Under the pieces are notes generated by a model that was not told where the DNA came from, ran no database searches, and was given only the letters and a program-made list of their open reading frames with translations. A program made the position numbers and the translations under genes. Of a DNA stretch of 64,000 bases, positions 20,744-29,887 are shown piece after piece (the stretch's first letter is position 1; every line of letters starts with the position of its first letter). The DNA lies in the NCBI GenBank assembly GCA_903859365.1, contig CAIOMD010000006.1, positions 22,152-86,151 of the forward strand, read 5' to 3'. This stretch comes from an uncultured Candidatus Saccharibacteria bacterium. Its GTDB lineage: Bacteria; Patescibacteriota; Saccharimonadia; Saccharimonadales; CAIOMD01.

Positions 20744-21376
20744 ATGACTAAATCAAAAATGGAACTCTTTCACGCAGAACTTGCTATTGGCATAGCAATT
20801 ACGCTGCAAGCACTCGTCAGCTCAAAACTAACGCTTGGGCCAAAATTCACCATGATAATACTTGAGATTATTCTTGCTGTTGGACTCCTACTAGTAAATC
20901 TTTCGAACCACGCACTATCTAAACCGCTAAAGCGATTTCTAGCGTATGTATTTATCTCAATAGTCACAATAGCCAATATATCGTCACTCGTGCTAGTATC
21001 GCGCGACCTCGTGCTTGGCACCACATTACCAGGAAAAACATTACTCTTTACAGCAGTATCGATTTTTCTTACCAACATTATTATGTTTGGACTGTGGTAC
21101 TGGGAAATAGATAGTCCAGGGCTCACTGGTCATTTCAAAGAAGATGCTAAAGCCCATTTTCTATTCCCTCAAATGGAAATGAAACACATAATTTCGGAAT
21201 GGCGGCCTACTTTTTTTGATTATCTCTATGTCTCAGTGACCAATGCTTCTGCCTTTAGTCCTACAGATGTTTTGCCTCTTACACACCGAGTAAAAGCACT
21301 TATGGGAACTCAATCAGTTGTTTCCTTACTTACTGTTGCCCTTGTAACTGCACGTGCTGTAAACATTCTATCGTAG
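20744..21376 (+). CDS. hypothetical integral membrane protein
   Basis: Four to five TM segments. A TACAAT -10 element lies upstream and no Shine-Dalgarno sequence is visible. Confidence 0.5.
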   Translation: MTKSKMELFHAELAIGIAITLQALVSSKLTLGPKFTMIILEIILAVGLLLVNLSNHALSKPLKRFLAYVFISIVTIANISSLVLVSRDLVLGTTLPGKTLLFTAVSIFLTNIIMFGLWYWEIDSPGLTGHFKEDAKAHFLFPQMEMKHIISEWRPTFFDYLYVSVTNASAFSPTDVLPLTHRVKALMGTQSVVSLLTVALVTARAVNILS

Positions 21377-22249
21377 ATGGTTTCCGAAAGAGACGAAAAC
21401 ACAAAAAACCACTAACACAATAAGAGATGATTTAAAGACACTTCGTGCCCACTTTTCACTCTCTCGAATTGCCGTCGTTTTATATGCCTTTAAAAACCAC
21501 CACACACTTACAGCAGCAAGTGCAAGGCTGAATATAACCCCTGTATAACTGAGCAAACTAAAGAGCATTACCACAATAAAGAATAAAACAATGTAGAGTT
21601 TAATAAGTTTTTGAGTTGCCCGAACACCTCTTTTTACTGAAATCACTGGAAGTCCAGCACTCAAATAATCCTGTTGTCGAAAGAGTGCAATTGCGTAAAA
21701 ATGAGCCATTTGCCAGGTAGTGAGGGCAAGAAATAACAATAGTGCTGGGACCGTGATGGATCCAGTCACGGCGGTAAATCCTGCTACTGGCGGTAGCGCT
21801 CCAGCAATAGCACCTATTTCTGTGCTGCGGATTGTCTTTCTTTTGGCGAGTCCATAAATAAGCACGTAATCAACGAGCGCAATGAGACCAAGCAGCACTG
21901 TCACGTTATTAGTTATGTGAATGAGCAGATAAAAGCCAAATACCGCAAGAAGTGATCCGAATATAAGTGCATTCTTGACCGAAATCCTGCCTGAAACAAT
22001 GGCTCTTTTTTTTGTTCTATCCATCTTAGCGTCAATGTTTCGATCAAGCACATTATTAAATACACAGCCCGATGCCATGATAAGACAAATTGAAAATAAA
22101 GAGCCAATCAGTAAAGAACCATTGAAGTGATGGCTACATGCAAGTAAAAACCCAGCAACTATCGAAAGAGCATTACCATAAATAATGCCCGGTTTGGTGA
22201 GTCGATAGTATTCTTTTATATTCTTTCTAGTTTGAGTTGAGAGAAACAC
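21368..22249 (-). CDS. cyoE: protoheme IX farnesyltransferase (heme O synthase)
   Basis: UbiA-family polytopic protein, located immediately downstream of cyoD. Confidence 0.85.
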   Translation of the reverse strand: MFLSTQTRKNIKEYYRLTKPGIIYGNALSIVAGFLLACSHHFNGSLLIGSLFSICLIMASGCVFNNVLDRNIDAKMDRTKKRAIVSGRISVKNALIFGSLLAVFGFYLLIHITNNVTVLLGLIALVDYVLIYGLAKRKTIRSTEIGAIAGALPPVAGFTAVTGSITVPALLLFLALTTWQMAHFYAIALFRQQDYLSAGLPVISVKRGVRATQKLIKLYIVLFFIVVMLFSLLSYTGVIFSLALAAVSVWWFLKAYKTTAIRESEKWARSVFKSSLIVLVVFCVFVSFGNHLR

Positions 22250-22251
22250 AG

Positions 22252-22614
22252 TTAAAATGCGCTGTCTGCCTGAGATGGCGTTATATTCATCATGTTGTAG
22301 TTAAGGTTGTCCATTATCCATATAGAGCCTAAAACTAGAATGATAATAACGCCAATTGCCGCAAGTAAGACATGTAAATTCCAACGAGGCTTTTTCTCAC
22401 GACCAAGATGTAAGAAAAAGACAAATTGAATTAGCATTTGTATTACTGCACAGGCGACTATGCTAATTCGAATAAATAAATGGCTATATACTACGTGACC
22501 ACTACTAACGTGTCGCCACACAATAAACCAGGCAAAAAGTGTAAGAAGTAACGACAAAAAGAAACCACAGAGATAGGCTTTAAATGCCTTTGATTGATAC
22601 ATCGATGTGTTCAT
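22252..22614 (-). CDS. cyoD: cytochrome o ubiquinol oxidase subunit IV
   Basis: 120-aa three-TM protein in the cyoD position. Confidence 0.75.
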   Translation of the reverse strand: MNTSMYQSKAFKAYLCGFFLSLLLTLFAWFIVWRHVSSGHVVYSHLFIRISIVACAVIQMLIQFVFFLHLGREKKPRWNLHVLLAAIGVIIILVLGSIWIMDNLNYNMMNITPSQADSAF

Positions 22615-23208
22615 CTAAATTACCCCCAGCAGATAAACTACGCTGAAAATAAAGATCCAAACAATATCTAGAAAATGCCAAAAAATACTAAACATAGTAA
22701 TTCTTCTAACACTTACTTCATTTAATCCTTTTTTATACAAATACCCAAGTGTAGCAAAGAGCCACAAAAGACCAATTGTTATATGTAGACCATGGGTACC
22801 GACTAAAGTAAAGTATGAAGATAAAAAGGCACTTCCTCTCCATGAGTTACCACTATGATCAAGCTTAGTAAATTCATGCAATTCAAGAATAAGAAAGCTT
22901 GTGCCAAGTAGTCCAGTAGTACAAAGCCATATAACAGTTTGTTTCAAATGTGAACGCTGTGCAGCGAGCAGTGCAAGTCCACTCGTAAAGCTACTAGTAA
23001 GTAGAATAATTGTTTCAGTTAGAATAAAACTGAGACTAAATAAATCCGATCCTGCTTTTCCGCCTGCTGTATTATTCCTAAGAACAATAAATACTGCAAA
23101 AAGTGATGCGAACACAATACAATCTGTCATCATATAAATCCAAAACCCTAAAAGAGACGTTTCCGTTTCTTTTTGAATTTCATTTTGCAACATGGAAATT
23201 TTTGTCAT
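22615..23208 (-). CDS. cyoC: cytochrome o ubiquinol oxidase subunit III
   Basis: 197-aa five-TM protein in the cyoC position. Confidence 0.85.
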   Translation of the reverse strand: MTKISMLQNEIQKETETSLLGFWIYMMTDCIVFASLFAVFIVLRNNTAGGKAGSDLFSLSFILTETIILLTSSFTSGLALLAAQRSHLKQTVIWLCTTGLLGTSFLILELHEFTKLDHSGNSWRGSAFLSSYFTLVGTHGLHITIGLLWLFATLGYLYKKGLNEVSVRRITMFSIFWHFLDIVWIFIFSVVYLLGVI

Positions 23209-25181
23209 ACCAATGCTCCCGCTCTTTTGTTTTCTATAGCTTCAATTTCAGCTGCTGGAATTATATGAGTTGTAGTATCATCGAAAGTTCGAACTATAAA
23301 TGTTCCGATTACTCCTAGTAGTGCGACAATCATTGTTGGCGGATAATGCCAAATAACAGAAAAGGCAAACATCAGAGCCCAGCCAGCCATAAAAAAGCCA
23401 AATGAAGAGTTATTGGGCATAACTATAGCAGCGTACTTTCGTCTTGGCAGTATGCCACCAAGTTGCTTTCTTCTGAAAAATTCATCACGATCTGAAACAG
23501 TAGGAATAATAGCAAAATTATAAACAGGAGCAGGGGATGTAGTAGACCACTCAAGTGTACGACCATTCCAAGGATCACCAGTCGTATCCAGATTTTTCTT
23601 TCTATTTTTTATAGCGAGGTAGAACATCATAAACTGCACGGCGACTCCTGCCAAAATAATTACTACGCCAACGCCAGCCACGATAAATAGTCCCTGCCAT
23701 CCAAGTGACGCGTCGTAGTGATCGAGCCGTCTAGTGGCTCCCATGAGGCCTAAAATATAAAGGGGAGTAAAGGCACATATTAAACCCGCTATCCAAAGAT
23801 ACGCTGCAATTTTTCCAAGTTTCTCATCTAGTTTAAATCCGAATACTTTAGGGAACCAATAAGCTATACCTGCAAAGTAGCCGAAGAGTGCGCCACCAAT
23901 TATCATGGTGTGAAAATGTGCTACAAGAAACAATGTGTTGTGCAACTGGAAATCTATTGGCGGCACTCCAAGCATAACTCCCGCAGCACCACCGATACTG
24001 AAGGTTATGACAAAACCGATAAACCAAATCATTGGACTAGCGAAATTGATTCGCCCTCGGTACATAGTAAACAGCCAGTTAAAAACTTTTAGGCCAGTTG
24101 GAATAGCAATCACCATAGTCATAATACCGAAGAAGGCATTAACATTTGCCCCAGCACCCATTGTGAAGAAATGGTGCAGCCACACAACAAATGACAAGCC
24201 AGTAATAGCCAATATCGCGTAAACCATTGAGGTGTACCCAAAAAGGCGTTTACGACTAAACGTAGCAACAATTTCAGAGTAAATACCAAATGCTGGAAGA
24301 ATCAATATATAGACTTCAGGGTGGCCCCATGCCCAAATCAGATTGACATACATCATCGCATTCCCGCCACCTGCCGTAGTAAAGAAATGCGTACCGATAG
24401 TTCTATCTAACGTTAGCAGCACAAGTGTTACGGTAAGAATTGGAAACGCAGCAGCAACGAGTGTCATCGCCGCAAGCACCGACCAAACAAAAACAGGCAT
24501 TTTCATCATGCTCATACCTGGTGCTCGTTTTGTAAGAATTGTTGTTATGAAGTTTATACCTGAAAGCAGCGTTCCAATACCTGCAATTTGAATACTCCAT
24601 ATCCAGTAGTCAACTCCAACGCCTGGACTAAATTGCAGTTCAGAAAGAGGAGGATATGCTAGCCAACCGGTAGCGGCAAATTCACCCCCGAAAACAAGAG
24701 ATAAATTAATAAGTATCGCCCCCGCAGCATACATCCAAAAACTAAGATTGTTAAGGAGTGGAAAAGCGACATCTCGTGAACCAATCTGCAGGGGCAATAT
24801 TAGATTAATAATGCCAAAGACAAGACCCATGGCTACGAAAAAAATCATCATGGTTCCATGGGCGGTAAATATCTGCTGATAATGATTTGAGCTTATAATT
24901 CCTTGTGAAGCACCTACTGAAGTAGCTTGCTGAAATCTGAGTAGTACGGTATCGGCAAGTCCACGGAGTAACATAACCCCAGCAACGACGAGATACATAA
25001 TTCCTATTTTTTTATGATCAAGTGAGGTGAGCCAATTCTTCCAAAGCCAACCAACTTTTTTAAAATATACAAGTGCGAGCGCAATTAAAAGTGCTGCACC
25101 AACAACCATTGCTTGCCCAAAAAATAGTACGAGTCGATCGGTACTGGGAACAGACGTTGAGCTAAAAAGAGAAATAATCAC
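23205..25181 (-). CDS. cyoB: cytochrome o ubiquinol oxidase subunit I
   Basis: 658-aa heme-copper oxidase subunit I with conserved His ligands, e.g. 'WAWGHPEVY' and 'HFHTMI'. Confidence 0.95.
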   Translation of the reverse strand: MIISLFSSTSVPSTDRLVLFFGQAMVVGAALLIALALVYFKKVGWLWKNWLTSLDHKKIGIMYLVVAGVMLLRGLADTVLLRFQQATSVGASQGIISSNHYQQIFTAHGTMMIFFVAMGLVFGIINLILPLQIGSRDVAFPLLNNLSFWMYAAGAILINLSLVFGGEFAATGWLAYPPLSELQFSPGVGVDYWIWSIQIAGIGTLLSGINFITTILTKRAPGMSMMKMPVFVWSVLAAMTLVAAAFPILTVTLVLLTLDRTIGTHFFTTAGGGNAMMYVNLIWAWGHPEVYILILPAFGIYSEIVATFSRKRLFGYTSMVYAILAITGLSFVVWLHHFFTMGAGANVNAFFGIMTMVIAIPTGLKVFNWLFTMYRGRINFASPMIWFIGFVITFSIGGAAGVMLGVPPIDFQLHNTLFLVAHFHTMIIGGALFGYFAGIAYWFPKVFGFKLDEKLGKIAAYLWIAGLICAFTPLYILGLMGATRRLDHYDASLGWQGLFIVAGVGVVIILAGVAVQFMMFYLAIKNRKKNLDTTGDPWNGRTLEWSTTSPAPVYNFAIIPTVSDRDEFFRRKQLGGILPRRKYAAIVMPNNSSFGFFMAGWALMFAFSVIWHYPPTMIVALLGVIGTFIVRTFDDTTTHIIPAAEIEAIENKRAGALV

Positions 25182-26134
25182 ATACCCTCCATCGATGACA
25201 TTGAATGCATACTCATTGCATTAGTTTTACCATTATCCGGGTCAAGTTGAAATGGCATATATTGATTGACTATTGTGTCATAGAGTCCGTTTTCAACCGT
25301 TCCAAACACGAAAGGCTCTACATTTTCTGAAGGTTCAGCGAGTTGATGAAGGGTGCCCTTAGTGAGGGTCTGTGGCTGAGATGTCATCGAAGAAGCCCAC
25401 CTGCTGAACGTCTGTGTATTGACGGCAGAAACATTAAAATGCATTCCTGCAAATCCAGAACCTGAAATATTAGCTGAAACGCCCCTGTAAATGCCGGTTT
25501 TTGATGCAATAAGGTGCAGTTCTGTGTTCATGCCAGCCATAGCATATATTTGGCCCCCAAGTTGAGGAATCCATAATGAATTCATAGGTCCTTCTGAAGT
25601 AATTGAAAAATCTATGGGATGGTCTGTTGGTATGGTGAGTTCATTGACTGTAGCGATTCCATAATCTGGATAAATAAAGAGCCATTTCCAGTTCATCGCA
25701 ACTGCCTGAATTCGTACATGTGTTTGATTTGAACTCAGAGATTTAAAAGGATCAAGCTGATGTGTTTGATTCCAGGTAACTATGGATAGTATGGTGATAA
25801 TTCCAAGTGGAATCGCCCACCAGACGAGCTCGAGTAAAACATTAGAGTATTCAGGAGCATATTTTTTAGATTTCTTGGATTCTCTAAAGGTAAAAATAAT
25901 GTAAAATAAAATTCCAAAAACAGGAATTATCACAATCAAACTAAGTAGTGCCGCAAATTTCATGAGGTTTAATTCTGATTGTGCGATTTGTCCTGCCGGC
26001 GAAAGCACGGCAAATGTATGGTGTCGCACTAACAAAAATAAGATGAAACAAAATAATAAAAATAAAGAAAGCGCCAAGATAAATATTTTACTAGGAGTAA
26101 TTTTAATACGTTTCGCCACTCTCACGTCCCTCAA
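25178..26134 (-). CDS. cyoA: cytochrome o ubiquinol oxidase subunit II
   Basis: 318 aa with a signal/TM region followed by a cupredoxin-fold periplasmic domain lacking the CuA Cys pair, which is the quinol-oxidase type. TTG or GTG start. A minus-strand TATAAT at 26170-26175. Confidence 0.85.
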   Translation of the reverse strand: MRDVRVAKRIKITPSKIFILALSLFLLFCFILFLLVRHHTFAVLSPAGQIAQSELNLMKFAALLSLIVIIPVFGILFYIIFTFRESKKSKKYAPEYSNVLLELVWWAIPLGIITILSIVTWNQTHQLDPFKSLSSNQTHVRIQAVAMNWKWLFIYPDYGIATVNELTIPTDHPIDFSITSEGPMNSLWIPQLGGQIYAMAGMNTELHLIASKTGIYRGVSANISGSGFAGMHFNVSAVNTQTFSRWASSMTSQPQTLTKGTLHQLAEPSENVEPFVFGTVENGLYDTIVNQYMPFQLDPDNGKTNAMSMHSMSSMEGM

Positions 26135-26259
26135 TTAAATAACTGCTTATTCTTACCTCTAACTATAGCATTATACGATTCGTTTACCAGTACTGTTACA
26201 TTAAATTTTACACTGTTAGTTTACACTGTTTCAGGGTACAATGGTCGAATAAATATGGA

Positions 26260-26913
26260 GTGTTTTTAGTGAGTAAAGAAGTAATCACAGTAGATTTAAA
26301 TAAACGTGACGTAATTGGTAAAGGTCTCAATAAGCTTAAAGCAGAGGGTCTGATTCCTGCAGTTATTCACCAACCTGGAAAAGAATCATTGATTGTTTCT
26401 GGTAATTTCATCGAACTATCTAAGATTTATGCAAAAGCAGGTCGCCACCACCCTGTTAACGTAACGATTGGCTCGGATAAACTTTTAACCATTATTAAAG
26501 ATGTTGATGTTGATCCTGCAAAGAATAGAATTCGTCATATAGTATTTGGTGCAATTAATCTTAAAGAAAAAGTGTACACTGTTGTTCCTGTTACTCTTGT
26601 TGGAGATGCTCCGGCTACTCGTGCGAACTTGCTTGTTCACCAATTGATTGAAGAAGTCGAAGTTGCGGCACTTCCCAATGACCTACCTGACAGTATTAAT
26701 GTTTCAATCGAGAGCCTCACTGAAGTCGACGATCGAATCACCATTGGCGATATTACTCCTCCAAATGGGGTAGAAATAGAAGTTGAAAAAGACCAAGTGA
26801 TTGTAATTGTGGACGCACCTCACCAAGAATCAGAAGAAGCATCAGCAACTGAAACCGCTACTGAAGCACCAGCAGCCGAAGTAACCCCTGCAGCCGACGA
26901 AGCTAACAACTAA
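26260..26913 (+). CDS. rplY: 50S ribosomal protein L25 / general stress protein Ctc
   Basis: L25 β-barrel N-terminal domain plus an acidic C-terminal extension (Ctc form). GTG start; the second GTG at 26269 has better spacing to the GGAG ribosome-binding site. Confidence 0.85.
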   Translation: MFLVSKEVITVDLNKRDVIGKGLNKLKAEGLIPAVIHQPGKESLIVSGNFIELSKIYAKAGRHHPVNVTIGSDKLLTIIKDVDVDPAKNRIRHIVFGAINLKEKVYTVVPVTLVGDAPATRANLLVHQLIEEVEVAALPNDLPDSINVSIESLTEVDDRITIGDITPPNGVEIEVEKDQVIVIVDAPHQESEEASATETATEAPAAEVTPAADEANN

Positions 26914-26914
26914 A

Positions 26915-27340
26915 TTACTTTATATATTTTTTAGAAAAACTATAGCTAATAATTGAAGTGGCGCTTGCCAATGCTATACCCCATGTAATATCAATAACTG
27001 ATATTGTTGTCGGCCAATGAGGAAGAATCGCCTGACAGCTAAGATCAAATGTTGCATACGTGAAAAGCCCAAAGAGTGCTCCGCGCGTTGCAGCAAACAT
27101 AATAGTATTTTTCTTTTGCAGGGCTGGTAAAATAACGAAAATCATTAGCCCAAGCGGAAAAAGCAAATAAAAAAGTCCTGCTGGAGCAAGACTAAATTTT
27201 TGCGCTGTTAAGTATCCTATATAGTGTTTATAGATTTTAGGAGAAATAAGGGTCAGCCAAACACCATCGATAGCGCTCAGTGTTAGAAGAGTTGTTATAT
27301 AGATTCGAATGTTTTTTGTGTTTATCATAGATAACCACAT
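26915..27340 (-). CDS. hypothetical small integral membrane protein
   Basis: 141 aa with four TM segments. Confidence 0.5.
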   Translation of the reverse strand: MWLSMINTKNIRIYITTLLTLSAIDGVWLTLISPKIYKHYIGYLTAQKFSLAPAGLFYLLFPLGLMIFVILPALQKKNTIMFAATRGALFGLFTYATFDLSCQAILPHWPTTISVIDITWGIALASATSIISYSFSKKYIK

Positions 27341-27431
27341 TGTAGCGCAAATTAAGCTTAGCCAAAATACTTATTAATAAAATAAGGGCTTTGGTTAAGG
27401 ACAGTACATCCTTGGCAATGCTAGGGGCGAA

Positions 27432-27502
27432 AAAAATAAAGGGGGGAGCATCCAGTACGAAATGTCCTTTGTAGCTATGGTAACCCACGACCCCCCTTCG
27501 CC
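27432..27502 (-). terminator. putative rho-independent terminator / extended GC hairpin downstream of the 27515..28093 gene
   Basis: GGGGGG (27441-46) pairs with CCCCCC (27491-96). On the minus strand the stem is followed by TTTATTTTTTT. An outer GGCGAA (27426-31) / TTCGCC (27497-502) complementarity extends the structure. Confidence 0.4.
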
Positions 27503-27514
27503 ACATTTGATGCA

Positions 27515-28093
27515 TTACAGCTTATACGGAAAGATATAAGCTGGTGAAACGGCATTCTGGATTCGGCTTGAGTTTGAATAGGCGAAGTTAAAAACGCCTG
27601 ACAAATCAAAACCTGTCTGGAATGCAACAGCAACAATATTGAACACATCGAGTCCGTCAACCATTGAAGTAAAAGCTTTCTCAATGTTTGCGTCAAGTTT
27701 TGCGAGTTCAGGGCTGGAGCCAGTCTTCTTGTATGACTGAAAGTCACGACGAGAAATAAGCTGAGCCTTGATCAAATCTTGAACGCGACGATGATCGAGT
27801 GTGCACACTTGCTCATAGAAATCAATCAGTCGTTGGCGACGGATCATAGATTCTTGAGCTGTCAACCCGAAACGAATGAACCGTTCGGTACCGAGGTGCT
27901 GCATTGTAATGACATACTCCTCACCCATAAGACGCTTAAGTTCATCTCGAACCTGCTGCCTATCCTTACGGGGTACATCACCTACGACAATGAAGTAATT
28001 CTCCACAATATCGCTTGCTTTCTTTGCTCTCAATCTAGCATTTCTAGTTGGGCTTATCGGGCAAATACCACCTAATTTGCCTAAGAAGCCCAT
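27515..28093 (-). CDS. hypothetical protein
   Basis: 192-aa ORF with no recognisable motif. Followed by the hairpin above. Confidence 0.45.
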   Translation of the reverse strand: MGFLGKLGGICPISPTRNARLRAKKASDIVENYFIVVGDVPRKDRQQVRDELKRLMGEEYVITMQHLGTERFIRFGLTAQESMIRRQRLIDFYEQVCTLDHRRVQDLIKAQLISRRDFQSYKKTGSSPELAKLDANIEKAFTSMVDGLDVFNIVAVAFQTGFDLSGVFNFAYSNSSRIQNAVSPAYIFPYKL

Positions 28094-28227
28094 CTAGAAG
28101 TTTGTACTGTCAATGTACGTCGGAATGTTTCCACTCAACGAAGCTTCGGTATAATACAATATTTATGCTTAATATGCAAGTAGTATGTGTCGGCACTATT
28201 GCAAATTAATAGTTCTTATGGTATTAT

Positions 28228-28887
28228 ATGTTCATGAATTTACATCGTGTAGATAAAAAACCTGATTGGGAACTCATTAATAGCGAAGATCGCTCTCCTT
28301 TTCAACGTATAGCTGCAAAATCTAATGGTTTCATAACTCCCGGTAATGGAATAACACTTGCGGGCGGTGCACTCGTCGCTGCTGGTCTTGAAGACATCTA
28401 CAATGGTCATACATATAGAGGAATTGGGCTTGCAACTGCGGGTCGTTTTGCAGATCTTTTCGATGGAATGGTTGCACACAAAACTGGCACAAAAAGTGCT
28501 AAAGGTGAAGCGCTTGACGCTGGCATGGATAAACTTGCTGCTGTTGGTGCACTTGGAGTTCTTGCCGTAAAAGAACTTGTGCCCATTCAAGCAATAGGAC
28601 TCTTTGGGGCACAGAACGTTGTTAACGCTATCGCAACTGCGATTGCAAAAAAACGAGGCACTGAAATACATGCATCAAAATCAGGAAAGCTGAACACTGT
28701 TTACCAATGGGTTTCATTAGGATTATTTACACTCTCAAAATCTATAGAACCTCAGTTTAATGGTGCAAGTAAAGTGCTTGAAGCTGCTGCATACGGAACT
28801 GAAGTTTTAGCACTAGGTTATGGAGCAGTTGCGAGTGCAGGGTATATTAAAGATGCGGCCGCAAAACTTCCCGAAGAAATCAAATAG
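28228..28887 (+). CDS. CDP-alcohol phosphatidyltransferase family protein (PgsA-like)
   Basis: Motif 'DLFDGMVAHKTGTKSAKGEALDAGMD' matches D-x2-D-G-x2-A-R-x8-G-x3-D-x3-D except R to H. TATAAT and TATTAT elements lie upstream. Confidence 0.65.
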   Translation: MFMNLHRVDKKPDWELINSEDRSPFQRIAAKSNGFITPGNGITLAGGALVAAGLEDIYNGHTYRGIGLATAGRFADLFDGMVAHKTGTKSAKGEALDAGMDKLAAVGALGVLAVKELVPIQAIGLFGAQNVVNAIATAIAKKRGTEIHASKSGKLNTVYQWVSLGLFTLSKSIEPQFNGASKVLEAAAYGTEVLALGYGAVASAGYIKDAAAKLPEEIK

Positions 28888-28942
28888 ATAGCTTAACCAA
28901 TTTCGATTTTTTTGCTAAACTACCATTTAGTAAGGAGAACAA

Positions 28943-29170
28943 ATGAAAAAAAATCTAACAGTACTATTGGTGGTTCTGGGAATAGTGCTCATAGGACTAG
29001 GAATATATTATTTCTTAACCCCTGCAGGCTCATTGCCAGCATTTCTTCCAGGTCACGCATCTGGTTCAACACACAAGCACTTAAAGCATGGGTTGGCTGC
29101 TCTTTTATTAGGGCTTGGCCTTTGGGTTTGGGCGTGGTTTAATTCAGGTCCAAGCAGCAAAGACAGTTAG
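28943..29170 (+). CDS. small membrane protein (75 aa)
   Basis: Two TM helices. An AAGGAGA ribosome-binding site lies 7 nt upstream. Confidence 0.5.
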   Translation: MKKNLTVLLVVLGIVLIGLGIYYFLTPAGSLPAFLPGHASGSTHKHLKHGLAALLLGLGLWVWAWFNSGPSSKDS

Positions 29171-29887
29171 TTATCTTGGTCGTGCTTCGGCACTCTCACG
29201 AGCTCGATGAGTCAATGATTCATCGAGCTTTTTAAGTGTAGATTTTTTACCATATTTTTTTTCAACTGCAGTTTTAATTAAATAGTCCGCAAACACTGGA
29301 TTTTTTGGTAGTAACGATCCATGCAGGTATGAGCCAAAGACATTGTTGGTTCTAGCACCTTCTGATCTATCATCTGTGTTATTTCCTTCGCCTTTAATGA
29401 TTAATCCGAATGGCTTTTGTTTATTTTTTAGATACGTTTGTCCGCTATGGTTTTCATAGCCAATAACTCTACCAAAATCTGTTTCAATAACAATATTACC
29501 GATAAGTCGTTTGTCTTTAGCGATTGTTTCTGCATCAAAAATACCAATACCTTTAATCTCATCGCCCATATCTGTAACAAAGCGATGGCCAAACAGCTGA
29601 TACAGTCCACAGATCATCAGCATTGGCGTCCCGTTATCTGCGAGCTTTCGCAAATTAGGAGCAATACGTTGTAAATCCTTTGCTATTTTTTGTTGGCCTG
29701 AATCCTGACCGCCACCACCAATTAGAAGATCGATACTTTCAGGAAATGTATCACCTGGATGCAAAAATAGCACTTCAGGATCATACCCATGCCACTGCAA
29801 ACGACGAGTTAAAGTAAGAACGTTCCCGCTATCTCCATAAATATTCATTTCGTCAGGATAGAGATTAAGGATTCTTATTTTTTTCAT
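29171..29887 (-). CDS. gatD: lipid II isoglutaminyl synthase, glutaminase subunit GatD
   Basis: CobB/CobQ-like glutamine amidotransferase domain with catalytic Cys in 'LMICGLYQ'. Overlaps murT by 4 nt. Confidence 0.8.
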   Translation of the reverse strand: MKKIRILNLYPDEMNIYGDSGNVLTLTRRLQWHGYDPEVLFLHPGDTFPESIDLLIGGGGQDSGQQKIAKDLQRIAPNLRKLADNGTPMLMICGLYQLFGHRFVTDMGDEIKGIGIFDAETIAKDKRLIGNIVIETDFGRVIGYENHSGQTYLKNKQKPFGLIIKGEGNNTDDRSEGARTNNVFGSYLHGSLLPKNPVFADYLIKTAVEKKYGKKSTLKKLDESLTHRARESAEARPR

